Positions 10,250-20,999 of a stretch of DNA of 64,000 nucleotides are shown in pieces. Position 1 is the first letter of the stretch; every line of letters starts with the position of its first letter. Location: positions 434,001 to 498,000 of the forward strand of contig NW_027211801.1 in NCBI RefSeq assembly GCF_036971445.1, given 5' to 3'. Source of the DNA: Narcine bancroftii. Taxonomy: Eukaryota. The translations under genes were made by a program, and so were the position numbers. Under the pieces are notes generated by a model. That model did no database searches. It saw nothing but the letters and a program-made list of their open reading frames with translations, and was not told the origin of the DNA.

Positions 10250-12560
10250 ACGAACCTGCCTTGTCCTCATATCCCTTAATTCCCCTACTATGTCAAATTG
10301 TACACAACATTGCCTTCAATAAATTTACTGAGGTCACGTCGAATGGTTCAATGGGCAGTGAATTCCACAGATTCCCCACCCTCTGGGAAAGGGAGTACCT
10401 CCACATCAATGTCCCAACTCTACTCCCCTGAATCTTGAGTTATGTGCCGATGTTCTGATCACCCCCACCAATGGAAACAATTTACCTACCTCTATCTTAT
10501 CTATGCCTTTCATAATTTTAGACATTTCTATTAGATCCACTGTCATTCACCTAAATTCCAGTGAGTGCATTTCCAGATGACTTCAAAGGCCAACCTACTG
10601 AATCTCCTCTTCACTGTCTCCAGAACCAATTAATCCTTACTCAAGTTAGGAGATGAGAACTGGGGCAATTCTCCAGATGCACCCTCACTAGAACAACACA
10701 ACGTGACTGCTCCAAAATTCAATCCCTCCAACACTGCAGGCCAATATTCGAGTCCCTGAACTCCTGAACAGTTTACATGGCTGGAAATGAGAGTGTTGAT
10801 ACCTTTTTGTTAATTATGTCCACATTGTTAAAAGCCACCTGATGAATTTCAAAATAAAAAAATGGATAAATAGAGGGTTGCTGGCAGCAAAGTAGCACCT
10901 GTCGAGAGAAATCAGCCAGAATCATGATATATTGTCGCAAACATGTGCCAATGAGAGTCAAAGAAGTACCTGTGAGGGTGAAAAACCAGAATAAAACAGT
11001 AAGGGACATCGCCCAAACCTTAGGATGACGAATATCATTAAGAAGAAAGAGGGTCCTGGTGATCTCAGTCAATGCAATGGGACTGGATGACCAAGGAAAA
11101 CCTCCACTCTTGATGACAGAAGAATTCTCAGCAGAATGAAGCAAAGTCCACAAACTCCTGTTGGACAGATCAGAAACATTCTTCAGGAGGCAAGTCTGGA
11201 TACGTCAATGACGACTGTCCACAGGGGACTAAGGTTTGACGATGTCTTTCACTGTTTTATTCTGGTTTTCCGGCTTCTTTAACTTTCATTGGCTTAACTT
11301 TGGTCCTCATGTAGAAAGATGGCAACCACAGACTCCAAATGCTGAGAGCAAGCCTCACTCATTTATACCTGCACCATTGAAGCAATTAAACACATCTGAG
11401 TTCTAACACACAGCTGTGAAGCCAAATGTCCCAAATGTTATGGTTCCCTGAAATGACGAAACTAAAGGCTGTAATTTCTCCCTGGTCAAACCAAAATGTG
11501 TAAAAATAACCTTGAATTAAATTTGGAATCTTCACTTTAATTGCATGGGAATTATCGGATTATGTTGAAAACTGTGGAAAACAGGGGCAAATAATGGAAA
11601 AAGCATCTTAATACCAAACATCCTCATCTGAGGAGTGCAGTAGAACAGAGGGTCCTGGGAATACAGATACATCATCCCTTGAAAGTGGCATCACATCGGG
11701 ATAGGGGCGTAAAGCGAGCTTTCGGCACTTTGACCTTCATGAATCAAAATATTGAGTACAGGAGTTGGGATGTTTTGGTCAAGTTTTGTTAGACATTGGT
11801 GAGGCCAAACCTGGAGAATTGTGTGCAGTTTTGGTGACCGAACTAATGGAAAGATATCAATAAGTTAGAAACAGTGCAGAGAAGATGAACTCGGACATTG
11901 CCCAGACTTCAGGAACTGAGTTACAACTAAAGGTTAAACAGGCTAGGATTTATTACCTTGTCTGTAGAAGAATGAGGGGAGATTTGATCGCGGTATTTAA
12001 AATTATGAGGTGGATTTTGCAGAATAAATGTAGGGAGGATATTTCCACTGAGGGTAGGACCGCAGAGCCCACCTCACTGACAAAAGGCAAAGGAGGAAAA
12101 ACCCAACACCCAACCCCAACCAACCAATTTTCCCTTGCAACCGCTGCAATTGTGTCTGCCTGTCCCGCATCGGACTTGTCAGCCACAAACGAGCCTGCAG
12201 CTGACGTGGACTTTTTACCCCCTCCATAAATCTTCGTCCGCGAAGCCAAGGCAAAGAAAAAGAAGAAGAGGTGAGATAGAGACCAGAAGACATGGGTTAA
12301 GGGAGAAAGTGGAAAGGTTCTGTGGGAAATTCTTCACATAGAGAGTGGTGGGAGTGTGGAACAAGTTGAAGTGGTGAATGTGGGAAGGGACACGGATGGG
12401 AAGGGTTCAACGTTCACATTTAAGAAGAATTTGGATAGATACTTGGATGTGAGGGGTATGGAGGACTGTGGGCTGAGTGAAGGTCAGTGGGACCATACCA
12501 ATAAAATGGTTTAGATAGACTGGAAGGGCCGAAGGGCCTGTTTCCGTGCTGTCATGTTCT
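10250..12560. repeat. CR1(-), Tc1 remnant and CR1(+) block; duplicate of 1-2130
   Basis: Colinear with 1-2130; carries an extra RTE insertion that the first copy lacks. Confidence 0.85.
12058..12270 (+). mobile_element. RTE 3' fragment, inserted after the duplication
   Basis: Near-identical to 7447-7650; absent at the paralogous position near 1858. Confidence 0.9.
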
Positions 12561-12840
12561 CTGATGGAGGGCACTGTCTGTGTCTGTGTCATTAGTGCTA
12601 ATTCTGCCCCTCCCGCGGGAAAAAGTCTGTCTTGTGTCATGTATGTGACCCGAGAACATTTCAGGGACCACAACCAGATGGGGTGATTCTCCGCCCCACG
12701 CGTCCTCCTGACTCCTCCCCCTCATGGACACCCCTTCTTAAACAGAGCCTCCGGAGCCGCTTTGCAGACGGGAGAATCGGAGCGACTCCGGGAGTTCGAG
12801 GAACCCAATCGCGCTGCTTTGTCTTCACCTGTCCGGAGCG
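12560..12840 (+). promoter_or_regulatory. IgL V promoter region
   Basis: Conserved in all three copies; octamer variant CTTTGCAG 12760-12767 (consensus ATTTGCAT), CCAAT near 12806, CpG-rich. Confidence 0.55.
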
Positions 12841-12889
12841 ATGGTCTCTGCGCTGGGTCTCCTGTGGTCTCTGATGGTCTGGGTTCCAG
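12841..12889 (+). CDS. IgL leader exon
   Basis: [16 protein letters not shown](G); donor CAG|GTGATG; 101-nt intron ending ttgcag at 12990. Confidence 0.92.
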
Positions 12890-15800
12890 GTGATGCTATC
12901 CCCTCCCCTCTAACTGAGCCGGGTTGGACCTTTTCCCCGCGCCTTGTTTTCCCGCGTTCACCCGCTGCGGTGTTTTTTGTGTCATTGCAGGTGTCCTGGC
13001 GTTGGTTAAACTCCATCAGACCCCAATGTCCGACCCACTCTCTGCGGGACAGACCGTCCACTTGGAGTGTCGGCTGGAGGGGGGGAGCGTTGCAAGTTAC
13101 AACATGCTCTGGTACCGACAGCGACCCGGAGAAGCTCCAGAGTGGGTATTGGTACAATATACATCTAATAGTATCTACCGAGGCAGCGGGTTCACCAGCC
13201 GATTCGCCCCGTCCAGAGACACCTCGGCCAACACTCACACCTTGACCATCCGCAGCCTGGAAGCTGGAGACTCCGCCGTCTACTACTGTGCTCCATGGGA
13301 CAGTTCAGCAAAGGTGCTCGTGTTCGGCCCTGGATCCACGTTGATCGTAACAAGTGAGTGAACTCGAGGAACTTTTCGGACTTTTATTTCCAGATCTGAG
13401 AATCTATTTTTCATTCATTTTGTCCGTGAGCACAGAAGATGTCAGTAAACTGTCGAGACCCCGCGCTGGAGACAGATTCTGCAGATCCCCCTCAGCCAGA
13501 TGAGGTTTGACCTGGGAAAGTCACCTCATCCCGACCCCCAGATTGGTGTGTGTGGGCCCCCAACGCAATTTGATACCCAGTTAATCTCAATTCCAAGGTC
13601 AACATTTTAACATCACTTCACAAAAATCATGTTGGGTCCAATTTATTCTTAAGAACTTTCCCTACAAACTTTTGAAGTTGTGTCCAATAATGTTTCACCA
13701 TCATCACATAACCAAGTAGAATGTAGGAAAGAAGCTACTTCCTTATGACACCTGAAACATAAATCTGAAGAAATTAAATTATATCTCTTTAATTTTTCAG
13801 GGGTTAAATATCACTGATGTATAAAGTTATAATGAAGCAACATCTCACATTAACAATCTTAGTCACACTATCTTTACATAAATTACCGCAAAATTCCTGA
13901 TCAACTATGATCCCTTAATCTTTTTCCCTCTTTAATCTAGACTTATATAAATCTAATTTAGGCATTTTATTCTGTAATAACAAATACATTTCAGAAACAA
14001 ATGTTTCCTTCCCAACTTCCTTAAGCCAAATTTCAACTTTTACTTGCCTTGGCAACATTAAAGAATGTCCAAAATTATCCAATAGTAAAGCTTTAATTTG
14101 GTAATAACAAAAAAAAGTAGTTTGTGGAATTTCCTTCATTCTTTGAAAAAACATTAAATAACCAGCTTCATAACAATCTTGTACAATCTTAATTCCTTTC
14201 TGATCTCGGATTTTGATTATTAAGCGTAAAAGGAAAAGGTTTATTCTGGTATAAAATTATCTTTTCTGAAATTTTCCCCTGTTTACCTATTTCCTCATGT
14301 ATCATTTTCTACCATTCAATTAAATGTTTCAAAACAGGTGAATTATATGTCAATACTAACTTGGAATTCCATTTATCAATAAATTGCTTCTTTTTCTTCT
14401 CAGCAATTGTGGATAACACAGTGTTAACCCAAACCAATGGATAATCCAAGTCCAACATTCTATGAATACATTTCAATTGTGCTGCTCTTTAATAATTGTG
14501 AAAATTTGCAAGTTGTAAATCTCCCAGTTCATACCTTCACGTTAATGTTTGTAAAGATACTCTCAACATTTTATCTTTCCATAAAAATAAACTTTCTAGC
14601 TATAGAATTCAAATCCCTAAGAAACTTTTGAGGAATTTACAATGTATAGATTAAAAAAAGATATTGTATTCTAGGAAAAATATCCATCTTCATAAAAAAT
14701 AACTCTATCTATTGATGCGAGAGGTAAATCTTTCATCTATTGAAATCACTCTTGATTTTATGAAATAAAGGCAACTAATTTAACTCATAAAAATGATCCA
14801 ATTTCCTATCCAATCTAATACCTAAATATTTAATTTGATCTGACCATTTAAATTGAAGAATCATTTTACAATGAGGATAATCACCATCAATCAATGGCAG
14901 AATCTTACTTCTTCCCTCATCAATTTTATAGCCAGATATTTCTCCATATTGTTTCAATCTTTCACATAGTGATTTCAAAGTATTCTGAGTTTCTGTTAAG
15001 TAAACCAAAACATCATCTGCAAATAAATTAGTCTTATACTCCTCAGATTTCATTTTAACACCTTTAATATTATTTTCTTCTCTTATGAATTGAGCCGAGC
15101 TTTCAATACCTAATGCAAACAACGCGAGAATCAAAGGGCAACTTTGTCCACTCGATCTTTCTAATAAAATCATGATGATATTTGACCATTCGTCCCCAAT
15201 CTGGCAGAAGCTTTTTTATAGAAAGATTCAATCCAATGATTGAATGATTGGTCCAAACCCAAACCTTTTTAATACCTTCAATAAAAAAACTCCACTCTCA
15301 CCGATCAAATGCCTTTTTGGCATCTAATGATAAAACCACTGGTCAGTTGGATTCCTCCCAAGAAACAGGAATCATACTAATTGATATTGCAATAGTATCT
15401 GAAGAATAATGATTTTTTAATAACACCAGCTTGATCTAAATGTATTAAGCCTGGGAAGTATTTCCTCAATCAATTTGCTAGAACCTTAGTTACAATTTTG
15501 TAATCAACATTTCACAAAGAAATTGGTCCATAAGATCCAGTATTTAAGATTTATTAATGCTATTGTTAATAGATGTATTGAAACAAGGACTGGAAGTTCA
15601 CTCTTTACCAGATTCATTTTCTCAAGCTATTATCTCTCTCTCTCTTCTCTTTGGCTTGGCTTCGCGGATGAAGATTTATGGAGGGGGTAAAAAGTCCACG
15701 TCAGCTGCAGGCTCGTTTGTGGCTGACAAGTCCGATGCGGGACAGGCAGACTATTATAACAGTTAACCATATAACCATTTATTCAAGAAAAGTTTGGGAT

Positions 15801-18800
15801 CCATTGAAAGATGGGACTTATAGACCAATTTCATTGTTGAATGCTGATTATAAGGTTATAACAAAGGTTCTAGCTAATAGATTGGCAAAATTTTTACCAG
15901 ATTTAATTCATTTGGATCAGGCTAGATTTATTAAAAATTGTTATTGAGCAGAATATCATTCTTTATAAATTCAGCAGAATTGTTTTCTTTGATTAAAATT
16001 TCTTGGGAGGAATCCAAACTACCATTGGTTATTTAATTGGATGCAGAGAAGGCCTTTGATGGAGTTGAGTGGATTTTTTTTTTAAAGTTTTGTAGAAATT
16101 TATATTTGGTCCAAGATTTACTTGTTGGATTAAGGTATTATATTAAAAAATCCTATTGCTAGAGTCTTGACAAATGCACATTTCTCTTTACCTTTTATGT
16201 TGAATTGATCAACTAGACAAGGTTGTCCTTTGTGACCAGCTCTTTTTGCATTAGTTATTGAATCTTTGGCTCAGATGATGATGCAAGATGGTAATATTGT
16301 AGATATTAAAGTGAAGTTTGATGAATTTAAAATTAATTTGTTTGTGGATGATGTTTTGATATTCTTAACAAACTTCAGAATTCTTTGAAGTGGTTACATG
16401 ACAGACTGGAACAGTATGGAGAAATATCAGGCTGTCAAATCAATTGGGAAAAAAGCGAGATTAGTCCATTAGAGGCAATAGATTATTCTCTTTCTAAACA
16501 TATTGTTAAATTTAAATGGTTGGATCAAATGAATTATTTAGGTGTTAAGGAAGATAGTAATTATAGTCATTTATATGAAATAAATGATTTACTATTATTT
16601 TTTAAATTAAAAATGACTTGAATCGATGGAAATATTTACCAATTCCTTTAATAAGAAGAGTTAAATGTGTTGAAATGAATATTTTTCCTAGTTTTCAGTA
16701 TCTATTTCAATCTATTCCTTGTAAGATTCCCACTAAATTTTTTAAGGATTTGAACTCCATGGTGAGCAGATTGTTATGGAAGGATGGGATGGCAAAGGTA
16801 TCTTTACAAAAATTAAGCTGGAAATATGAATGAGGAGGTTTGCAACTTCTGAATTTTCTAAATTACTATGATGTTGCACTGTTGAAATTTATCAAAAGGA
16901 TGTTTGATTTGGAAAAGTCATTGATATGGGCAAATAGTGAATGATCTCAAATTGGTGAGAAGAGGATGGATCAGCTTCTTTTTGATGAAATTCTAAGTTA
17001 TTGACTAATAATCATTTACCTATTTTGAAAGATTTTTTGCAACTATGGTATAAAATAAATGAAGTTCTAGGTATTCAAGGGAAGATTTCAGGTAAAACTC
17101 CTTTGTATCAATATAAGCTTTTTTCCGATTACACAATAATCATTTTTTGAAGTTATGGGATCAAAAGTGTATTAAATTTGTACAAGATTCTTATGAAGCA
17201 GGTTATTTTATTTCTTTCCAAAGAATGAAAGAGAAAAATAATATTCCTTCAAATACTCTTTTTTCTTATTATCAATTTAATGTTTTATTGTTGGATAATT
17301 TGGGACATACTTTACGGTTACCTCGATCAAAGTTTGAAATTTTACTTACAGAGGGAGGTAAGAAGGGATTTAGATCTGCAATGTATTCTTTATTACAGAA
17401 TAAAATGTCTATGTTGGATTTGCATAAATATAGGTTGAAATGGGTAAAAGATGAAGGAATATTTATTCATCAAAATGATTGGATGGATTTAGTATGACTA
17501 AAATTATAAATGTCATGTATCGGCGAGTTCATTTTAATTTTATTCATCAATTATATTTAATTCTAGAAAAATTAAGGGGATAAAATTTAATTTCTTCAGA
17601 TTTGTGTTTTTTCGATGTCAGAAGGAAGAAAATTCTTTTTTTACATTCTAGTTGGTGATGTGAAATGGTAAAACCTCTTTGGAATAGACTTAAGTAATTT
17701 TGAAAGTGAAAGTTTCATTCGATCCTTTAGTATTTTTGTTGGGTAACATTAACAGGTTGTGTTTAGAATTAAGATTAAATAGATTTCAAATTGCATTTTT
17801 GTGATTGACATTAGCTGTAGTCAGAAAAGTTTTAGCAATTAATTTAAAAAAATGAGACTGATTTGAGTACACAGAGATGGCAGATGGAATTGAGATCTTG
17901 TATTCCGCTAGAGAAAGTAACATAGAATAAATGTGATAGTTATTTTTTCTATTGAGCCCGTTTTCGGATGATATAGGTTTGAGTTTTTGAACCCCCAGCT
18001 GCACAGTGGTGGTATTTCTCTAATTCGGGGTAATTAACTGAGGAATTTTGTTATTATGGTTAATCTCCGCTTTTCTCTTTCTTTTTTGTTGGGGGATGTG
18101 GAATGGGGTGGTGGGTCGTAGAGGGTTAGTTTGTATTAAATGTACTATGTAAGCATTTTTTCTTGTTTTATCTATTAATTGTATATATTTTGAATAAATG
18201 TATCATTGTTCTCATAAATAAAATGTTCGAAAAAAAATAGAATTTAGTTAGGTACATGGATGGGAGGGTTATGGAGGGCTATGGGCTGGATGCAGGATAG
18301 TGGATCTAGGGAGAATACTAGTTTGGCACAGATGAGGCCAAAGGGCCAGTTTATGTACAGTTAAGTTCTATTTATGTTCTATGGCTCTACAGTGTAATTT
18401 TGTTCTATGAAAAAACATTAAGGTAAATCTCTGCCCCGTCTTCAGCTCGACAACATCTTTCCCCTCATACAGTGACCAGAACTGAGCACAATACTTCAAG
18501 TTGGGCCTCATCATTGTCTTACACACAGTAACATAACCTCCAAACTCTGGGACAACAGTCTGACCGCTGAAGGCTCATGTATCAATGGCCTTTTCCAACA
18601 CCTACATCTATCCGTGATGCCACTTTCAAGGTTCAATCTATTCGCACTCAGAGATCCTTCTGCTGTACATTGCTCTGGTGTTCAAGAGCCTGTCTAAATG
18701 CCCCTTGAGTGTTGTCCCTGATCATCTCATCTGGCAGTTTAGTCCAGATACCATCCATACTGTGTGCAAAATATTCACCCCTCCCAACATAATTAAACCG

Positions 18801-20172
18801 TGCCTCTCATCTTGACCCTTGGCTCTCTATTTTGAGGCCCCCACCCACACCCAATATAGGAAGGAGTCTAGTTCTCTCCCTTATACAACACGACAGCACA
18901 GAATAGGCCCTTGACCCTCATTGTTGTGCTGACTTACCATTAAAAAACACTCAATTTTGCTTTCATCCATGTGCCTGTGTAACAGTGTCTTAAGTGCCCC
19001 TAATGTTCCAGACCCCACCCCCACCCCTGGAAATGCATTCCAGGAACCCACAACTCTCAGTGTTAAAAAAACTTGCCTGCGATGTCTCCCCTGAACCATC
19101 CTCCCTTCACTTTGTACAGATGTTCCCTGGTGTTTGCTATTCCTGCCCTGGGAAAAAGGCACTGGCTATCCTCCTTATCTATCCCTCTCAGAACATTAGA
19201 CCACAGAACATTAAAAGGTATCAAAAGGCTTTTCGGCCCTTCTCGTCTGTGCCGAGTTATTACCCTGCCTAGATCCATTGATTTTATCTCAGTCCATAGC
19301 CCTCTGTACCCCTCCCATCCATGTGCCTGTCCAAATTCTTCAATGTTAAAATTGAGCCCGCATTCACCACTTCAGCTGGTAGCTCGTTCCACATGCTCAC
19401 TACTCAATTTGTAAAGGAGTTTCCCCTCATATTCCCCAAAACATCGCCTTTCATCCTTAACCCATGTCCTCTGGTTTGTATGTTACTTATCGTCAGTTGA
19501 AAAAGCATTTTCTCTGTCTGTGCCTCTCATAACGTTAAATATGTCTACCAAATCTCCCTCATTCTCCTTTCCCCAGGGAATAAAGTTCTAGCCTGTTTAA
19601 CCTTTCTCTGTAACTCTGTTCCTGAGGTCCTGTTAACATCCGAGTAAATGTTCTCTACACTCTTTCAATCCTAGTTCGTGACCAATGTTTTACTCTAATT
19701 TACCATAAAACATCCCAACTCCTGTACTCAATACTTTGATTTATAAAGGCCATTGTGTTCATGTCCATGGAATCTTTTATTCAGAGTTGGTGTTGGTGTT
19801 TGGACTTCATCACCTCATGATGTTTCCCTTCTGCTCTCCCACACAGGTAGCGACTCTCGGAAACCCTCGGTTCAACTGCTCCCTCCCTCCCAGAATGAGA
19901 TCGACTCAGGCTCGGCCACCCTGTCTTGCCTGGTGAGCGGGTTTAAGCCAGGCTTCGCGTCACTCCAGTGGAGCGTGGATGGGGTCGAGACAGAGAGCGG
20001 GGTGACGACGGGTGTCGCATCCCCTGATGCTGACCAGGCCTACAAGCAGAGCAGTTACCTGCATGTGTCCGCCACTGCCTGGAACACAGGCTCCAGCTAT
20101 ACCTGCATCGTGAGCCACAGCTCACTGAGCTCGCCTCTGCGCGAGTCCATCTCGTCGTTATCCTGTGTGTAG
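12841..20172 (+). CDS. Immunoglobulin light chain, sigma-cart (type I/NS5-like) isotype, germline-joined VJ; join(12841..12889,12991..13353,19847..20172), 245 aa
   Basis: Three exons with GT-AG phase-1 introns give one 738-nt open frame: signal peptide, V-set domain, C1 domain. Isotype call rests on recalled resemblance to shark type I chains (LxQTPxSDPxSAG, [10 protein letters not shown], RKPSVxLLPPSxxEIDSG). Confidence 0.93.
12991..13353 (+). CDS. IgL pre-joined VJ exon
   Basis: Conserved Cys (LEC), Trp (WYRQ), DSAVYYC, CDR3 [16 protein letters not shown] motif in one frame with no RSS; donor A|GTGAGT at 13354. Confidence 0.96.
13560..15556 (-). mobile_element. Old L1 fragment in the J-C intron
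   Basis: ORF 14775..15173 ([22 protein letters not shown]). Confidence 0.8.
15557..18240 (+). mobile_element. Old L1 fragment in the J-C intron, 5'-truncated, with poly(A) tail
   Basis: [22 protein letters not shown] motif; AATAAA and A-tail near 18217-18238. Confidence 0.85.
15634..15750 (-). mobile_element. Short RTE 3' insertion with 7-bp TSD
   Basis: RTE 3' end; CTATTAT repeated at 15627-15633 and 15751-15757. Confidence 0.88.
18240..19760. mobile_element. Cluster of CR1 3' fragments, mostly on the - strand
   Basis: CR1 ORF2 C-terminal and 3' UTR motifs (ORFs 18881..19162 and 19063..19278). Confidence 0.7.
19847..20172 (+). CDS. IgL constant exon
   Basis: Polypyrimidine tract plus acacag acceptor; [43 protein letters not shown]; penultimate Cys fits the H-L disulfide. 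Confidence 0.96.
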
Positions 20173-20233
20173 TGAGGCCACACCGGTCAGCAGAACACGC
20201 AGATTCTTGGCTCGTGCCTTGGATTTCACAGCT

Positions 20234-20370
20234 CAATGAAGGGCTCAAGCCTGAAATGTTGATTATGTATTTTTACCTTTGCTATATAAAGGACACTGTT
20301 TGACTTGCTGAGTTACTCCAGTGTTGTGTATTTACTTCAACCACGGGTGTCTGCAGACTTTCATGTTTTG
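20234..20370 (+). mobile_element. Penelope-like terminal fragment in the IgL 3' UTR
   Basis: aatgaagggctcaagcctgaaatgtt...gctgagttactccag...gtctgcagacttt; same family as 2650-2975. Confidence 0.55.
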
Positions 20371-20595
20371 TTCCTGATTCTCTGCCCATGTTTAATGCCC
20401 TGTCTGGGGTCTGTGTCTGCCTTGTGTGGTATAATCGTGCAAAAATGTTCACTGCTGGAGACCAACCCAATTCTTAATCATCTCCAAAATCAGATTTTCC
20501 TGTATTCTGTAGAATTGTCCTTCCAGCCCCACATTTCAACTCCTGTTGTGTGTAGAATGTGGGGTAGTGATCAGATCCTGTGCAAAGCAGAACTC

Positions 20596-20601
20596 AATAA
20601 A
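20596..20601 (+). terminator. Probable IgL polyadenylation signal
   Basis: First AATAAA after the C-exon stop, followed by GT-rich sequence. Confidence 0.7.
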
Positions 20602-20729
20602 GTGGAGAAGAGGCAAGTTTGCTGTGGTCTGTCATTATTCAACTCCTCGCTGTAAATTCAGCAGGTAAGGTGGTGCTTGGGACCCAACCTCTGGAGAATT
20701 CTAGGGGTTCCTCGCAGAGAGCCAGCGAT

Positions 20730-20995
20730 TGCAACCTCCCTCTCGGCCCAGCATGGCTCTGACCTCTGCACTTTACCTCCTCTACATTGGAAGGACTCGG
20801 CACCGACTAGGAGATCTGTTCACTGAGAACCTTCTCCCCATCTGCACCAGTGGCAGGGATCTCCCAGTGACCACCCACTTCAAATCTACTCCCCTCTCCC
20901 GCACCTAAATGGTCTGTTCGTGGTCTCATGCCCTTTCCAACCAAGACCACCTGTAAATGGGAGGAACAACACCTAATATTCTGGCGGGACCCTCT
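20730..20995 (+). mobile_element. Penelope-like GIY-YIG endonuclease remnant
   Basis: Translates to LLYIGRTRHRLGDLFTENL...DLPVTTHF...EEQHLIF. Confidence 0.75.
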
Positions 20996-20999
20996 CTGT

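Noticed and set aside
9730-10250. Non-repeat-looking stretch as a lost C exon or enhancer of copy A
   Set aside because: No Ig C1 motifs recognised in the listed frames; only scattered E-boxes, not enough to call
12841-13245. Unspliced ORFs 12841..13245 and 12924..13361 as separate genes
   Set aside because: They are read-throughs of the leader exon and intron; the spliced model explains both
13284-13290. Cryptic heptamer TACTGTG in V FR3 as a V-replacement site for the upstream 12-RSS
   Set aside because: It is dictated by the Tyr-Cys codons and has no nonamer-like sequence at 23-bp spacing
14417-14445. CACAGTG heptamers here and near 8087, 18002 and 63111
   Set aside because: No nonamer evident at RSS spacing; all lie in TE sequence
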